Shown: positions 1 to 9,701 of the stretch, in pieces
Position numbering within the stretch: the stretch's first letter is position 1
Layout: each line of letters opens with the position of its first letter
Assembly: GCA_963799845.1 (NCBI GenBank)
Contig: CAWCYI010000008.1
Location: forward strand, 23,490-87,489
From: an uncultured Nitrososphaerota archaeon
Lineage (GTDB): Archaea; Thermoproteota; Nitrososphaeria; Nitrososphaerales; CADDZS01
DNA length: 64,000 nucleotides
Direction of reading: 5' to 3'
Notes under the pieces: generated by a model
Database searches by the model: none
Told to the model about the DNA's origin: nothing
The model's input: only the letters and a program-made list of their open reading frames with translations
Position numbers and translations under genes: made by a program

Positions 1-13
1 ATCTTCAATAGTT

Positions 14-289
14 GTGTCGTTTGGTGTCTCGACGATTGCTATCATTCCAATATCAATCGGCGGATCGGGTGTGGCGGAACTCGCGATGCATTCTTACCTC
101 TCTAGTGTTTTTGGTTTTAATTCGTGGACGGCCGTAATAATCTGGAGAATTGTTTCATTTCAATTTTTATTGATCCCGACGAGCATCGCATTTCTCATCC
201 TGATGCGCAAAATAACCAAACCAAAGTCGGCTGCTCAGCAAAAAATTACGAAATCGAAGCTGGAACCGGAAAAAAATGAGAATAATTGA
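14..289 (+). CDS. 3' part of a lysylphosphatidylglycerol-synthase-TM / flippase-like (UPF0104) membrane protein, truncated by window start
   Basis: IPISIGGSGVAE...AVIIWRIVSF matches the typical C-terminal PxxGGxGxxE...WR motif of this family. Confidence 0.55.
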   Translation: MSFGVSTIAIIPISIGGSGVAELAMHSYLSSVFGFNSWTAVIIWRIVSFQFLLIPTSIAFLILMRKITKPKSAAQQKITKSKLEPEKNENN

Positions 290-458
290 AGTTTTGAAAA
301 TATAACGCATATATCGGCGTTCTAGGTAAGTGCTCGATTTTGCGCAATATTGCCCGAGTCCAGAAAGGCTTTGACGCAGAATTTGCATTTTAGATGCGGT
401 AATGGCTATCTATAATTAGATTCGTGACCCATAGAATCTCTATAAGATTCCTTGTTTT

Positions 459-1217
459 TTGCCGTACATTAGACAATTCCAGAACGAGAGGAGTAGCTGC
501 CTATCTTATTACGTATGCTGTCCGGGAAAATGCAAGAGTGTGGTAATCGACCCGAGCGAAAACGTCGATCTGTACGTTGAACAGGCGGCAAGAGATTTTT
601 CCGAAATCGTCGCTATCATCGAAACTCACATTCATGGCGATCATGTATCCGGGGCAAAAAAATTGTCGAAATTAGCAGGAGCTCGTATTTACATGCAGGA
701 GTCATCCGGCGTGGTATTCGATTTTGTCCCTCTCAGTAACGGCGAAACCGTCAACCTAGGCAATGTAGATCTTCAAGCGATGCATGCACCGGGTCACACG
801 ACCGAAAGTCTATCGCTTTTGTACATTGATCACAAACGGGCTGAAGTGCCGTGGGCCGTGTTCAGCGGTGATGCTTTATTTGTGGGAGACATAGGAAGAC
901 TCGACTTCTCGGGGGCCGGGACCAAAGAGCAGATGTATGATTCTTTATTTGGGAAGTTACTGGCGTTACCTGATTACGTCGAACTATATCCGGCCCATTA
1001 CGTGGGGTCAGTTTGCGGTCAGGGCATGAGTCTAAAGACCAACTCGACGATAGGATTTGAAAAGCGATTCAACAGGGCACTACAATCCAATTCTTTCGAG
1101 GAATTCGAAAGATACCTTGTCGACAATCCTCTGGAACCCTTTCCCGAGCATCTCGAATTCAAGAAACTTAATTCAACGGCAGAGCCAATGACGGCATTTT
1201 TGACCGTCGACCGATAA
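459..1217 (+). CDS. MBL-fold metallo-hydrolase (persulfide dioxygenase / glyoxalase II-like)
   Basis: THIHGDHVSG, PGHT, FSGDALF, GRLD, YPAH motifs. Confidence 0.85.
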   Translation: MPYIRQFQNERSSCLSYYVCCPGKCKSVVIDPSENVDLYVEQAARDFSEIVAIIETHIHGDHVSGAKKLSKLAGARIYMQESSGVVFDFVPLSNGETVNLGNVDLQAMHAPGHTTESLSLLYIDHKRAEVPWAVFSGDALFVGDIGRLDFSGAGTKEQMYDSLFGKLLALPDYVELYPAHYVGSVCGQGMSLKTNSTIGFEKRFNRALQSNSFEEFERYLVDNPLEPFPEHLEFKKLNSTAEPMTAFLTVDR

Positions 1218-1244
1218 TTCTGCCGCGTTTGCGGAAAATGAAAA

Positions 1245-2054
1245 TCAATCCATTATTCTCGGGGCAAGATAAAGCTGAACAGGCCCTGAGTCTTGCCTCC
1301 CCCAGGATAAGAATTCCAATCTGAGGGGCATCTTCGTGGAGTATTCAAATCTGACGAGATCAGAAAATGAGGAAACGGCCTTGACTACTTTCACCAAGAA
1401 TTCCAAATTGTATACAGCTTTCGTTGGTTGCCCGCCTCCGTCAGCTTGAACTTCTTGAAGCAGAGTCCCGTCCTCTTTCTTCACCGTTACTTCGACTCTA
1501 CCCGAGTCTCCCTTACCGGACAAAATCAAAACGTCGGGCGAGACCTGAACGTTGACATAGGTAGAAAGGGTCGAGATATCCGTCAGGATCTGAGAAAACG
1601 TTTCGAGGTTTATCGTAAATTTTGTTGTAAAAGCAAGCTTTGGAATCGGCGAAGATTTCAGGTCGTTTTCGAGTAAATGCAATTCGAACTCTCTTTTGCT
1701 GTTCCCCGCGCCAATCTTTATCGAAAGAGATCTATTACTTGCTCTCGATAATTCTAGAGAATCCTTCAATTCAGATCGCCTGACAATTTTCGAAAAATCC
1801 TCTACGTGCAGAGTAAATTTTGTCGGCTTTGAACATCGAAATTTCTCAAATGACGTACTCGGGAACCTGATATCGATCAGCGCCACGTGAGACGAATCCA
1901 TGGCACGCGTCCTCACCCCGTCGGCATCCACATCGAAGGTCGAGTCTTCTGACATAGTTAGGATGACAGATGCAATCATCCTCCAGACAGCCGGAGATGA
2001 CGATCTGATCGAGAATTCAGAATCGGTAGAGATTTCATTCTGTGCTTGCATCAT
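1245..2054 (-). CDS. pcn: DNA polymerase sliding clamp PCNA
   Basis: RAMDSSHVALID, PLRLEF, LYLAPRI signature motifs. Confidence 0.92.
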   Translation of the reverse strand: MMQAQNEISTDSEFSIRSSSPAVWRMIASVILTMSEDSTFDVDADGVRTRAMDSSHVALIDIRFPSTSFEKFRCSKPTKFTLHVEDFSKIVRRSELKDSLELSRASNRSLSIKIGAGNSKREFELHLLENDLKSSPIPKLAFTTKFTINLETFSQILTDISTLSTYVNVQVSPDVLILSGKGDSGRVEVTVKKEDGTLLQEVQADGGGQPTKAVYNLEFLVKVVKAVSSFSDLVRFEYSTKMPLRLEFLSWGRQDSGPVQLYLAPRIMD

Positions 2055-2089
2055 TGGGAAGACCGAGTAATTCTTATCAGAGATATAAA

Positions 2090-2121
2090 GTTACTGTAAT
2101 TATACTGTAATTCTCTGTAAC
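2090..2121. promoter_or_regulatory. Three phased CTGTAA repeats in the divergent pcn / citrate synthase intergenic region
   Basis: CTGTAA at 2094, 2105 and 2115; outer GTTAC/GTAAC inverted pair; adjacent to AT-rich GATATAAAG. Confidence 0.4.
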
Positions 2122-2180
2122 GTCGTTGAGATGCCAATTTCTCTTCTCCTAGCATCTATGATGGAGAAGCCTTTTTCACC

Positions 2181-3317
2181 ATGAAATTCAAATGGTTAAT
2201 CATGACGGATTTGATAACTGCTCCTCGGGGCCTGGAGGGTGTCGTCGTTACTCAGACCAAGATAAGCAAAATTGACGGCCAAAAAGGCAAGCTTTGGTAC
2301 AGAGGGTTTGATGCAACTGAGCTTTCTTCTCAACTTTCTTTTGAAGAGGTTTCTTACTTATTGTGGTACGGAAGGCTCCCTTCTTCCGAGGAGCTTCAAA
2401 TATTTCGAGAGAAACTCGCTTTGCGAAGACATCCGAGCGCGAAGGAAATTGAATTCGTCCAAAAGGTACCGCTGACTGCGAACCCTCTAGCGTTCTTGAG
2501 AACTGCCTCTTCGTTTATTGGGATGCTAGGTGAGAAGAAGTTTAGTCCAGAAGAAGCCGCAATAGACCTCTCCGCGAAATTTCCTACCGTTCTCGCATAC
2601 TTCGATCACCTCCGAAAGGGACTTGAATTTGTCGAGCCCCGTCCAGAGCTTTCGTTCGCGGAAAATTATCTTCGGATGCTAACCGGCAGAAAGCCACCCG
2701 AAGAACATGTTTCGGCGCTGAATTCCTATTTTATTTTGCTGGCTGATCACGGCCTGAACTCTTCCACTTTTTCGGCGATAGTCACGATCTCGACCCTTAC
2801 AGATTATTATTCCGCGATAGTATCTGCAATCGGGACACTCAAGGGAATTTTGCACGGAGGTGCTCCGTCGCAGGTTTGGGAGATGTTTTTGGAGATCGGC
2901 GACCAATCTAAAGCAAGAAAGTGGCTCGAAGAGAGGATAGATTCGGGCGGGAGGATTATGGGTTTTGGTCACAGAATCTACCGAACGGAAGATCCGAGGT
3001 CTGGGGCACTCAAGATCATCGCTAAGAGAATTGCTTCGCCTGAAATTTTCGATTTAGCCGAATCCGTCGAGGAAGATGCGAGAAAACTTTTGCGTGAGAA
3101 GCACCCAGAAAGAGCTTTAGAAACTAACGTCGAATTTTACTCTTCGCTGGTACTAAACGCCATCGGCATTCCAACGGACATGTTCACTTCAACGTTCGCG
3201 TGCTCAAGAATCGTCGGATGGACGGCGCACGTATTGGAACAACTTTTAGATAACCGATTGTTCCGCCCAGAGTCTGAATACGTGGGGCCCGAAGGACTCT
3301 CTTTATCCAAGCGGTAG
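2181..3317 (+). CDS. gltA: Citrate synthase / 2-methylcitrate synthase (start probably ATG 2202)
   Basis: GLEGV, DHGLNSST, LHGGA, GFGHRIY..EDPR, NVEFY, RIVGWTAH motifs. Confidence 0.93.
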   Translation: MKFKWLIMTDLITAPRGLEGVVVTQTKISKIDGQKGKLWYRGFDATELSSQLSFEEVSYLLWYGRLPSSEELQIFREKLALRRHPSAKEIEFVQKVPLTANPLAFLRTASSFIGMLGEKKFSPEEAAIDLSAKFPTVLAYFDHLRKGLEFVEPRPELSFAENYLRMLTGRKPPEEHVSALNSYFILLADHGLNSSTFSAIVTISTLTDYYSAIVSAIGTLKGILHGGAPSQVWEMFLEIGDQSKARKWLEERIDSGGRIMGFGHRIYRTEDPRSGALKIIAKRIASPEIFDLAESVEEDARKLLREKHPERALETNVEFYSSLVLNAIGIPTDMFTSTFACSRIVGWTAHVLEQLLDNRLFRPESEYVGPEGLSLSKR

Positions 3318-3328
3318 ACAATAAGACC

Positions 3329-5017
3329 TTATTCCAATCGGTATCTCGATCGACCTGGACTTATGATCCATGCCCACACGTTGAGCCCTAGACCTACAAC
3401 TAATGGAATGAAGAGCAGCTCCAGATAAGACGTTGGGACCCCGGACGAGGTCAAGGAAAATTGAACGATCGTGTTGCTGCCCGCATTCACCGTTGCATTC
3501 CCTTCGCGTGCCAAGCTATCTCTCGAGATTGTTATGTTGTAAAAACCACCTGGCAGGAAGAAGGAAGTGCTTCCGCTTGCTAGCGTGCTCGCAGAAAGGG
3601 AAGCGCCTTGTGAGTTTGAAACCGCGATCAAGACTCCGACGTCAGGTTTGCTGTTATTCAGCACAAGTACTGTGAGTTTTCCTATGGGAATGTAAAACTG
3701 TGAGTCTGTCAGGGGCTTCAGAACATTGATTTCTAGCGGGCTGAGAGATTCCAAGCCAATCATTGGAGTGACAGTCATAGCAAGAGGATAACTTTTGGCA
3801 ATTACGTAGACGGAGCCAGAAAATGTTCCCGAAGCTTCAATGTCCGAATTATTCGCGATAGAATATGTAAATTCGCTGAGTTCGACATTTCCTGGTTGCC
3901 CTAAGAAATCTAATCTAGCCAAGTTGATTTGCAGAGGAACAACGGAGTACCCATCGATTCCATCAGTCTGGTACATGAAGTAGAGCAGAGTGGGCCACGA
4001 GCTCGGATTCTGAGCCAGGTTGACCTGTTTTGAAAATGTCGAACCGCTTATCGAAAACGGGTCACATGATGACAACCAGAACCACCGTCCATCGTTCAAT
4101 AGCAATGCTCTCGTCTCCGTAGTTTCGAATCCCGAAGCACTGTCAAAATAACCTCGGATAACGTATCTGCCTGGTCTCATGTTAGTCAAAATCGGAAGCG
4201 AAACGGACTGGGTTGTTGTGGAATTGAATAGGACCGTATTCGATCTTGAAACGGCCAGGTTTCTCGAAATCGTTTCATTCGCTAATGAAGAAGTGTATCC
4301 GTACGAGTAGTCAATTTCAAACCAAAATGAAAAAGGAGTCGCAATACTTCCCCCCGCAGATACTATGGCAGTGTTATTGCCAGCGTCCAACGCGATCGCC
4401 ATCTGTCCGGTTCCAACATTCGTAGGTTGGGAAACGTAAAGAGTACCATTCCCGGAAGCCGAGGTGAGGCAGGCCTCCAGATTGTAACTATTAGGAGCGT
4501 TCACCGAGAATCCGAGATTTATCTCTCCATTCTGGATGGAGTATTCGCTCAAAGCTGCCGAAGCCTGATTTTCTGGTGTTTCAACAAGAGGAATCGAAAT
4601 TGTGTATGAAGAAGAGTTTTGCAATGTAACGATCAAAGTCCAAGTTCCAGGTTGATCAGTTCCCGAGAAAGTGTAGATAGATGCCGCCGTAGTCGGAGGA
4701 ATAGTTGACGAGATCGAAGAATTGTTATTCGGACTTGTGAGCGTGACACTTATCTCTTGATCAAGCGATGAATAAACCCACAGACTATCATTGGCGGTAT
4801 AAATCGGAGAACCCTGTTGGGCGGGTGACAAAGTGGAAAGGCCGTACCCGAGAAATACAAAAGATGGCGAACTTGTAGTAATGATTGGAAGAGACTGTCC
4901 GTGCGAGTAATTGATCATTGGAAGCGAGAGAACCAAAAGAAAAATGACAGCGAGCGAAGCTAAACAAACCAGAATTGAAGCTGGTTTATTTTCCACGAGC
5001 TGTCCCCCAGATTGCAA
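3329..5017 (-). CDS. Secreted, C-terminally anchored Ser/Thr-rich surface protein
   Basis: N-terminal hydrophobic segment, beta-rich body with many NxS/T sequons, C-terminal TM plus basic tail. Confidence 0.7.
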   Translation of the reverse strand: MQSGGQLVENKPASILVCLASLAVIFLLVLSLPMINYSHGQSLPIITTSSPSFVFLGYGLSTLSPAQQGSPIYTANDSLWVYSSLDQEISVTLTSPNNNSSISSTIPPTTAASIYTFSGTDQPGTWTLIVTLQNSSSYTISIPLVETPENQASAALSEYSIQNGEINLGFSVNAPNSYNLEACLTSASGNGTLYVSQPTNVGTGQMAIALDAGNNTAIVSAGGSIATPFSFWFEIDYSYGYTSSLANETISRNLAVSRSNTVLFNSTTTQSVSLPILTNMRPGRYVIRGYFDSASGFETTETRALLLNDGRWFWLSSCDPFSISGSTFSKQVNLAQNPSSWPTLLYFMYQTDGIDGYSVVPLQINLARLDFLGQPGNVELSEFTYSIANNSDIEASGTFSGSVYVIAKSYPLAMTVTPMIGLESLSPLEINVLKPLTDSQFYIPIGKLTVLVLNNSKPDVGVLIAVSNSQGASLSASTLASGSTSFFLPGGFYNITISRDSLAREGNATVNAGSNTIVQFSLTSSGVPTSYLELLFIPLVVGLGLNVWAWIISPGRSRYRLE

Positions 5018-5801
5018 AGAACAGAGCGATGGTTGGAGCTGTGAGCACTAGAAGAATGTCAGATTGGATCTTGGCAATATCAAAAGTCCAAAGAAAAGCG
5101 ATCAGAGTACCCATTAGGGGAACGATTAGAATCCATGGCAATCTTCCCCTCGAGCTAACAGGGTAAGTGCCGAGCGTCATGTAAAAAAGCATGCCAACAA
5201 AGAAAATGACCAATCCAATCGATGAGAGTGCATCTCCTGCGGGATTAGGTGTCCCTCCCGCCCCAACTTCGCTTCTGATCTGCGAGATGATTTGCGTTCC
5301 CAATCCCGTCAGACCGGAAATCGAGGCAGTGGTCTGGGAAAGAAGATTCGAGAGAAAGAGTACAGATATGAGCTCCAAAGCTCCCACGACTATCACTCCT
5401 GAAAGAGAATTGTCTCGAAGGAGACCTCGCGCGAAGCCGTAGATCGTGTAAGGGGTTAGGACAAGAGCGGTCGCTCCGAACCATGCAGTCAGTATTACAC
5501 CCATGAACGTCGCATAAAACGATGCTCCAGTCAGAATGATGAGAACCAGAAGAGGAGGAATAAGGAGCGCTTCGAAAGAAAAGACGATTATCGGAATGAT
5601 CGGTTGCACCTGATAACGGAGTCCCACGATGAGGAGGATGATTACTCGAAGAACTTGGGTGTACAAGATTATTGATTCGGTCAAAGATAAGTTCGACAAG
5701 TTCACCACGACCGAAAATCTCTCAAGGAATACTAGATAGGGCGCGAACAGGCCAATTCCAACAAATACAGATGAGATCAGTTTGATGAAATCTTTCCTCA
5801 A
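4986..5801 (-). CDS. Multi-pass membrane protein, hypothetical
   Basis: About 8 hydrophobic segments; overlaps neighbouring genes in an operon. Confidence 0.7.
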   Translation of the reverse strand: MRKDFIKLISSVFVGIGLFAPYLVFLERFSVVVNLSNLSLTESIILYTQVLRVIILLIVGLRYQVQPIIPIIVFSFEALLIPPLLVLIILTGASFYATFMGVILTAWFGATALVLTPYTIYGFARGLLRDNSLSGVIVVGALELISVLFLSNLLSQTTASISGLTGLGTQIISQIRSEVGAGGTPNPAGDALSSIGLVIFFVGMLFYMTLGTYPVSSRGRLPWILIVPLMGTLIAFLWTFDIAKIQSDILLVLTAPTIALFFAIWGTARGK

Positions 5802-6919
5802 ATTCCAAGGACCCTACTGATCAATCCGCCCACGTCCTGGTTTCCAGAGTAAATTATCGATAGATTTCCTATAGTTCGGGGAAATGTATTCTTGTCCTCA
5901 ATCAAAAGAGATGGTTTCCTCGCGATCGCGAGCGCAAGCAACTCTACCTCGAGCTCCTTCAAACCCGTTATGCAAACATCTGAGTCACTCAGGATTTCCG
6001 AGGTGGATTCGATATCGTTCTTGTCCGACAAGGACATCTGCATGATCGCTTCGCCAAGCTCAGAAAGATCCGATGCTTCTAAACGGGCGACAGCATTTCC
6101 TGAATTGAATATTAATTTCACTTCACAGCCGAGACCGAAGATGTTTTTTCCAAGTATGCCGGCACCCTCGCAAGCAATGTCCATCCAGGCTAACTCGTCC
6201 TGTCCTCGGTCAGCTATCCTGATCAAGCCTATCGCCAACGAACGCGGAATGTTTGCCTCCCGAACTTTAACGAGGATGCGCTCATCAGGAAGCGAAGCGA
6301 TCCTCTTCCAGAATATGTTCTTCCGCTCAACCGAAGGACTGTATTCGTCTATGGAATAAAATTCTTGACCGCTCCCGTGTGTTCGGCCAATCCGTTCGCC
6401 AAGAGCGAGCGTCATTGGCTTCGACGGTCTAATCTCGCTCAAGAGTGACGATGGATAGCAATCTACGATGAAATCTTCTCTAACGAGATTCTTGGTCTTG
6501 TTGAATAGACCGAGTGGATCGACGAATTCAAATTTGACCGTCAGTCCCCGGAATCTTCCCGAATATTTCGGTCTGAATGAAAAAGTAAGCGAATCTGGAA
6601 CCGACTTGTCTGCGATCGTTTCAATCCCATCCGGCACTTCTATGGCCGAGACTTCGACTCTGACAAGCCTCTTTCTCTTGTAGTTGACAATAATGCTCTC
6701 GGTAGCATCACTCCCCTTAAAGCACGTCAGATGCGCCTCACTTAGTTTGACCTGAATGTCACCCGTAGTCGCGGTCCTGAGAATTATTTCAGAAATCCCA
6801 GCCGCAATAAAGAGAGATAGACAAAGCGCCAAAATCAGTCTAACGTCGAAGATCGAAGCGACTATCGCCCCGTACAGAGAGGCTTTCAGGTAGTCCTTGC
6901 CTCTTTGAGTCAACTTCAC
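5798..6919 (-). CDS. DUF58 domain protein
   Basis: DPLGLF, GSGQEFYSIDEY, NIFWKRIA motifs; directly downstream of MoxR. Confidence 0.85.
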   Translation of the reverse strand: MKLTQRGKDYLKASLYGAIVASIFDVRLILALCLSLFIAAGISEIILRTATTGDIQVKLSEAHLTCFKGSDATESIIVNYKRKRLVRVEVSAIEVPDGIETIADKSVPDSLTFSFRPKYSGRFRGLTVKFEFVDPLGLFNKTKNLVREDFIVDCYPSSLLSEIRPSKPMTLALGERIGRTHGSGQEFYSIDEYSPSVERKNIFWKRIASLPDERILVKVREANIPRSLAIGLIRIADRGQDELAWMDIACEGAGILGKNIFGLGCEVKLIFNSGNAVARLEASDLSELGEAIMQMSLSDKNDIESTSEILSDSDVCITGLKELEVELLALAIARKPSLLIEDKNTFPRTIGNLSIIYSGNQDVGGLISRVLGI

Positions 6920-7851
6920 CTAGGCGGTTTCACTTCATTCAGGACTTGACTTATGATCGTCGAGGTGTCATGGGCAAGACCCTTTAGGGCAGCCGATCTA
7001 TCCAGCCGCATCCTGTGGGCCAGCGTGACACCCGCGAGTTTCTTGATATCGTCCGGGTTAACATATGATTTTCCCTCAAGACAGGCGCTCGCTCTAGACA
7101 CTTGGATCAATTGAACAATTGCTCGGGGACTAGCTCCGAGATTCACCCTTTTGTCGACCCGAGTTTCCTGCGCAAGCCTAGTGACATAATCAAGAATTTC
7201 GTCAGAAACTGTCACCGAATCCACGAGCTTGAAATATTCCATGAGTTCCGTGATGCTAACAACAGAGTTTACTTCATCGAGGTTCAAATCCGTGAGATTT
7301 CTCTTTAGAATTTGAACTTCCACATCTTGTTTCGGGTATGCGAACTCTACTCGCAACATGAATCGGTCCATCTCACTTTCGGGAAGAGGGTATACTCCCT
7401 CGAAATCGAGCGGGTTTTGAGTCGCGATTACCATGAAGGGAAACGGGAGTCTCGATGTTTGACCCTCAACAGTTACCTGCAGCTCTTGCATGGATTCAAG
7501 AAGTGCGCTTTGAACCTTCGGAGCAGCGCGGTTGATCTCGTCAGCTAGTAATAGGTTGGTGAAAACCGGTCCTTCTTTGAACTCAAATTCACGAGTCTTC
7601 ATGTTGAAAATAAAGCCACCAACGATGTCCAAGGGAAGCATATCAGGGGTGAATTGTACTCTCCTGAATCTAAGGCCAAGACACTTTGCAAATGATTTTG
7701 CAAGCAAAGTTTTCGAGGTCCCAGGAACTCCTTCGAGCAATACGTGACCCCGAGCAAGAAGACTAGTCAGTAAAAGAGTCGTTTCGTATTCTCTGCCGAC
7801 GACAATCTTAGAAACTTCGTCGAGAACATTTTTCTTAAGAGACTCTAGCAA
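6916..7851 (-). CDS. moxR: MoxR family AAA+ ATPase
   Basis: GHVLLEGVPGTSKT, RVQFTPDMLPLD, LLADEINRA, ATQNP, DRF, GASPR. Confidence 0.95.
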   Translation of the reverse strand: MLESLKKNVLDEVSKIVVGREYETTLLLTSLLARGHVLLEGVPGTSKTLLAKSFAKCLGLRFRRVQFTPDMLPLDIVGGFIFNMKTREFEFKEGPVFTNLLLADEINRAAPKVQSALLESMQELQVTVEGQTSRLPFPFMVIATQNPLDFEGVYPLPESEMDRFMLRVEFAYPKQDVEVQILKRNLTDLNLDEVNSVVSITELMEYFKLVDSVTVSDEILDYVTRLAQETRVDKRVNLGASPRAIVQLIQVSRASACLEGKSYVNPDDIKKLAGVTLAHRMRLDRSAALKGLAHDTSTIISQVLNEVKPPR

Positions 7852-8215
7852 TTTCCCCTCCCCTGGGCAAGCTCGAAGCTAGTCGCAAGATTGCATCGAC
7901 ATTTGCGTTCTTATATTGGATTCCGCCGTATCTGAAATCTTCATACTTTTTGAAAGTGCTTTCAATGTCAAGCCAGTCTAATTGTAGATTGAGCATTTTC
8001 AATTTGCTAATAACCTCGTTCCAAGTGAACCCTGCGGGAAGATCCGGGAAAGCGCGGTTCAAAGAAATTTCGAGGTATCTGAATGCCTCCTCCACCGTAG
8101 GATTTTTCGGCGGACTATCTTTCCTATTCCTGATGATGCCAATCGCCAGCATTACGTAAACCCCGATATTCAAGACGATAAGAACATAGAGAAAGAGGAG
8201 ATCACTGGATGGCAT
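7835..8215 (-). CDS. Single-TM protein, DUF4129-like helical domain (tentative)
   Basis: N-terminal TM, then TWNE...KYEDFRYGG resembling the DUF4129 T..E / YE..RYG pattern seen in MoxR operons. Confidence 0.5.
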   Translation of the reverse strand: MPSSDLLFLYVLIVLNIGVYVMLAIGIIRNRKDSPPKNPTVEEAFRYLEISLNRAFPDLPAGFTWNEVISKLKMLNLQLDWLDIESTFKKYEDFRYGGIQYKNANVDAILRLASSLPRGGEIARVS

Positions 8216-9014
8216 TGGATTCCACCGTATACACAGTGTGAAGGGTCAGAATGCTCATCGTTCGTATGCTGCTTATATCCACCGGATTTTTGACCTGAAT
8301 TTGAAGCCACTGTGAATCGTTTGTTGAACTAGCCGTGCTGAGAGTGACTGGGGTGAGCCCAGCTTGATCAATGTTACTAATCGGAGTCGTTGGAGAGTCA
8401 ACCGTATCGAGGAAAATGATTTGGTTCTGTGACGTGATCGATCGGTTTGTTCCGACGAGGGCGTATATTTGCCCCCAACCAACAGCAAACCCAGAAAAAT
8501 CTGGGTCTGCGATGTTGAAAGACTGGATAGAATAAGAGGAAGCATTCACTGTGACATTGAGATCTGTAATATTATCGCTGCTAATCTGCACTGATACTGA
8601 TAGATTGTCCAGACGCCAATCGAAAAACTTTACCGTATATGAATTCGGCGCCAAGCTTTCTTGGATTTGACCGCTAGTATCTGTGAAGTTCGTTATTGTC
8701 GGTGACGTAACGGCATTAAGATAAACTGAAACAAGTATTCCGGAGAGCGCCCCTCTCTCTGGATTCCTTACGCGAGTTCCGGAGTTAAAATGAGCGGATT
8801 CAGGAGCCACTATGGTTTGATTCGAATGTACAGTCACGCTCAGGACCCCGTCAGGAACTCTGACTGGAGTAGGCAATTCCGACATCACGTTGCCAACAGC
8901 GGACCCCACTGGCCAGGCAAGGGAATTCAAGGCAACAATTAGGAAAAAAGCAATAAGCGCGATCCCGAGAACTGCGATCAAGCTAGCGAGCTGGGATTTT
9001 CTTGATTCCCGCAT
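8202..9014 (-). CDS. Membrane-anchored secreted protein, first gene of the MoxR operon
   Basis: N-terminal TM; beta-sandwich-like TDTSG...YTV segment. Confidence 0.65.
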   Translation of the reverse strand: MRESRKSQLASLIAVLGIALIAFFLIVALNSLAWPVGSAVGNVMSELPTPVRVPDGVLSVTVHSNQTIVAPESAHFNSGTRVRNPERGALSGILVSVYLNAVTSPTITNFTDTSGQIQESLAPNSYTVKFFDWRLDNLSVSVQISSDNITDLNVTVNASSYSIQSFNIADPDFSGFAVGWGQIYALVGTNRSITSQNQIIFLDTVDSPTTPISNIDQAGLTPVTLSTASSTNDSQWLQIQVKNPVDISSIRTMSILTLHTVYTVESNAIQ

Positions 9015-9202
9015 TTAGTATGACCAAAATCTCTACGGGAATCGCAATTACGCGAACATGAGATTTAAGAATTTAGTATCTCAAAAACAGAATATGTGGC
9101 ACGAGTTTCTCATTTACAACGGGATTGTGTGCGACGAAGGAAAATGGCCCTTGAACCTAGTCAGTCTCGGTGAGCCGAAGAAAGTAGGATGAGATATCAA
9201 TA

Positions 9203-9583
9203 TTGAAATTTGGAACTCTTCTGACCATCATCTTGGTCATCTTGGCAACAGCCTCAGTATTGCTCATCGTATTAGGGCAAGTTCAGCAGAGCCGTGAAGA
9301 GTATCAGTCAATAAAGTATTCATTTACACGAATTGCGCTTGGATATGACTACAGCTGCGACGAGAACGTTTTCGGCCTCTCGGTAGATCTTTCTAATAAT
9401 GGGGACAAACTTGTCCAAAACTTGAATGTCAGTGTCACAAACGGACTTTGCGTGGGTAGCGTCCCTCCCCTACCCGGTTCTTTGTCTCCGGGTCAATCGA
9501 TTCAGTTCTACGTTTACACCTCTACTCCGAATGGAACTATTTCGGTAACCGGAAATAACACTGATCTTTTTATTCATTTTTGA
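9203..9583 (+). CDS. Small membrane-anchored Ig/CARDB-like protein
   Basis: N-terminal TM; LSNNGDK...LSPGQS pattern; two Cys. Confidence 0.6.
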   Translation: MKFGTLLTIILVILATASVLLIVLGQVQQSREEYQSIKYSFTRIALGYDYSCDENVFGLSVDLSNNGDKLVQNLNVSVTNGLCVGSVPPLPGSLSPGQSIQFYVYTSTPNGTISVTGNNTDLFIHF

Positions 9584-9701
9584 AAATTTAGAGTACTTTT
9601 ACTTTCTCCCATTCGACTTGAGAACCAAATGACTGAAAATCGTTAAGTAAAGATCAGTTTCTTGGTAAGTAGACATTCAACTGCAGGAGATTGCTCAAAG
9701 A

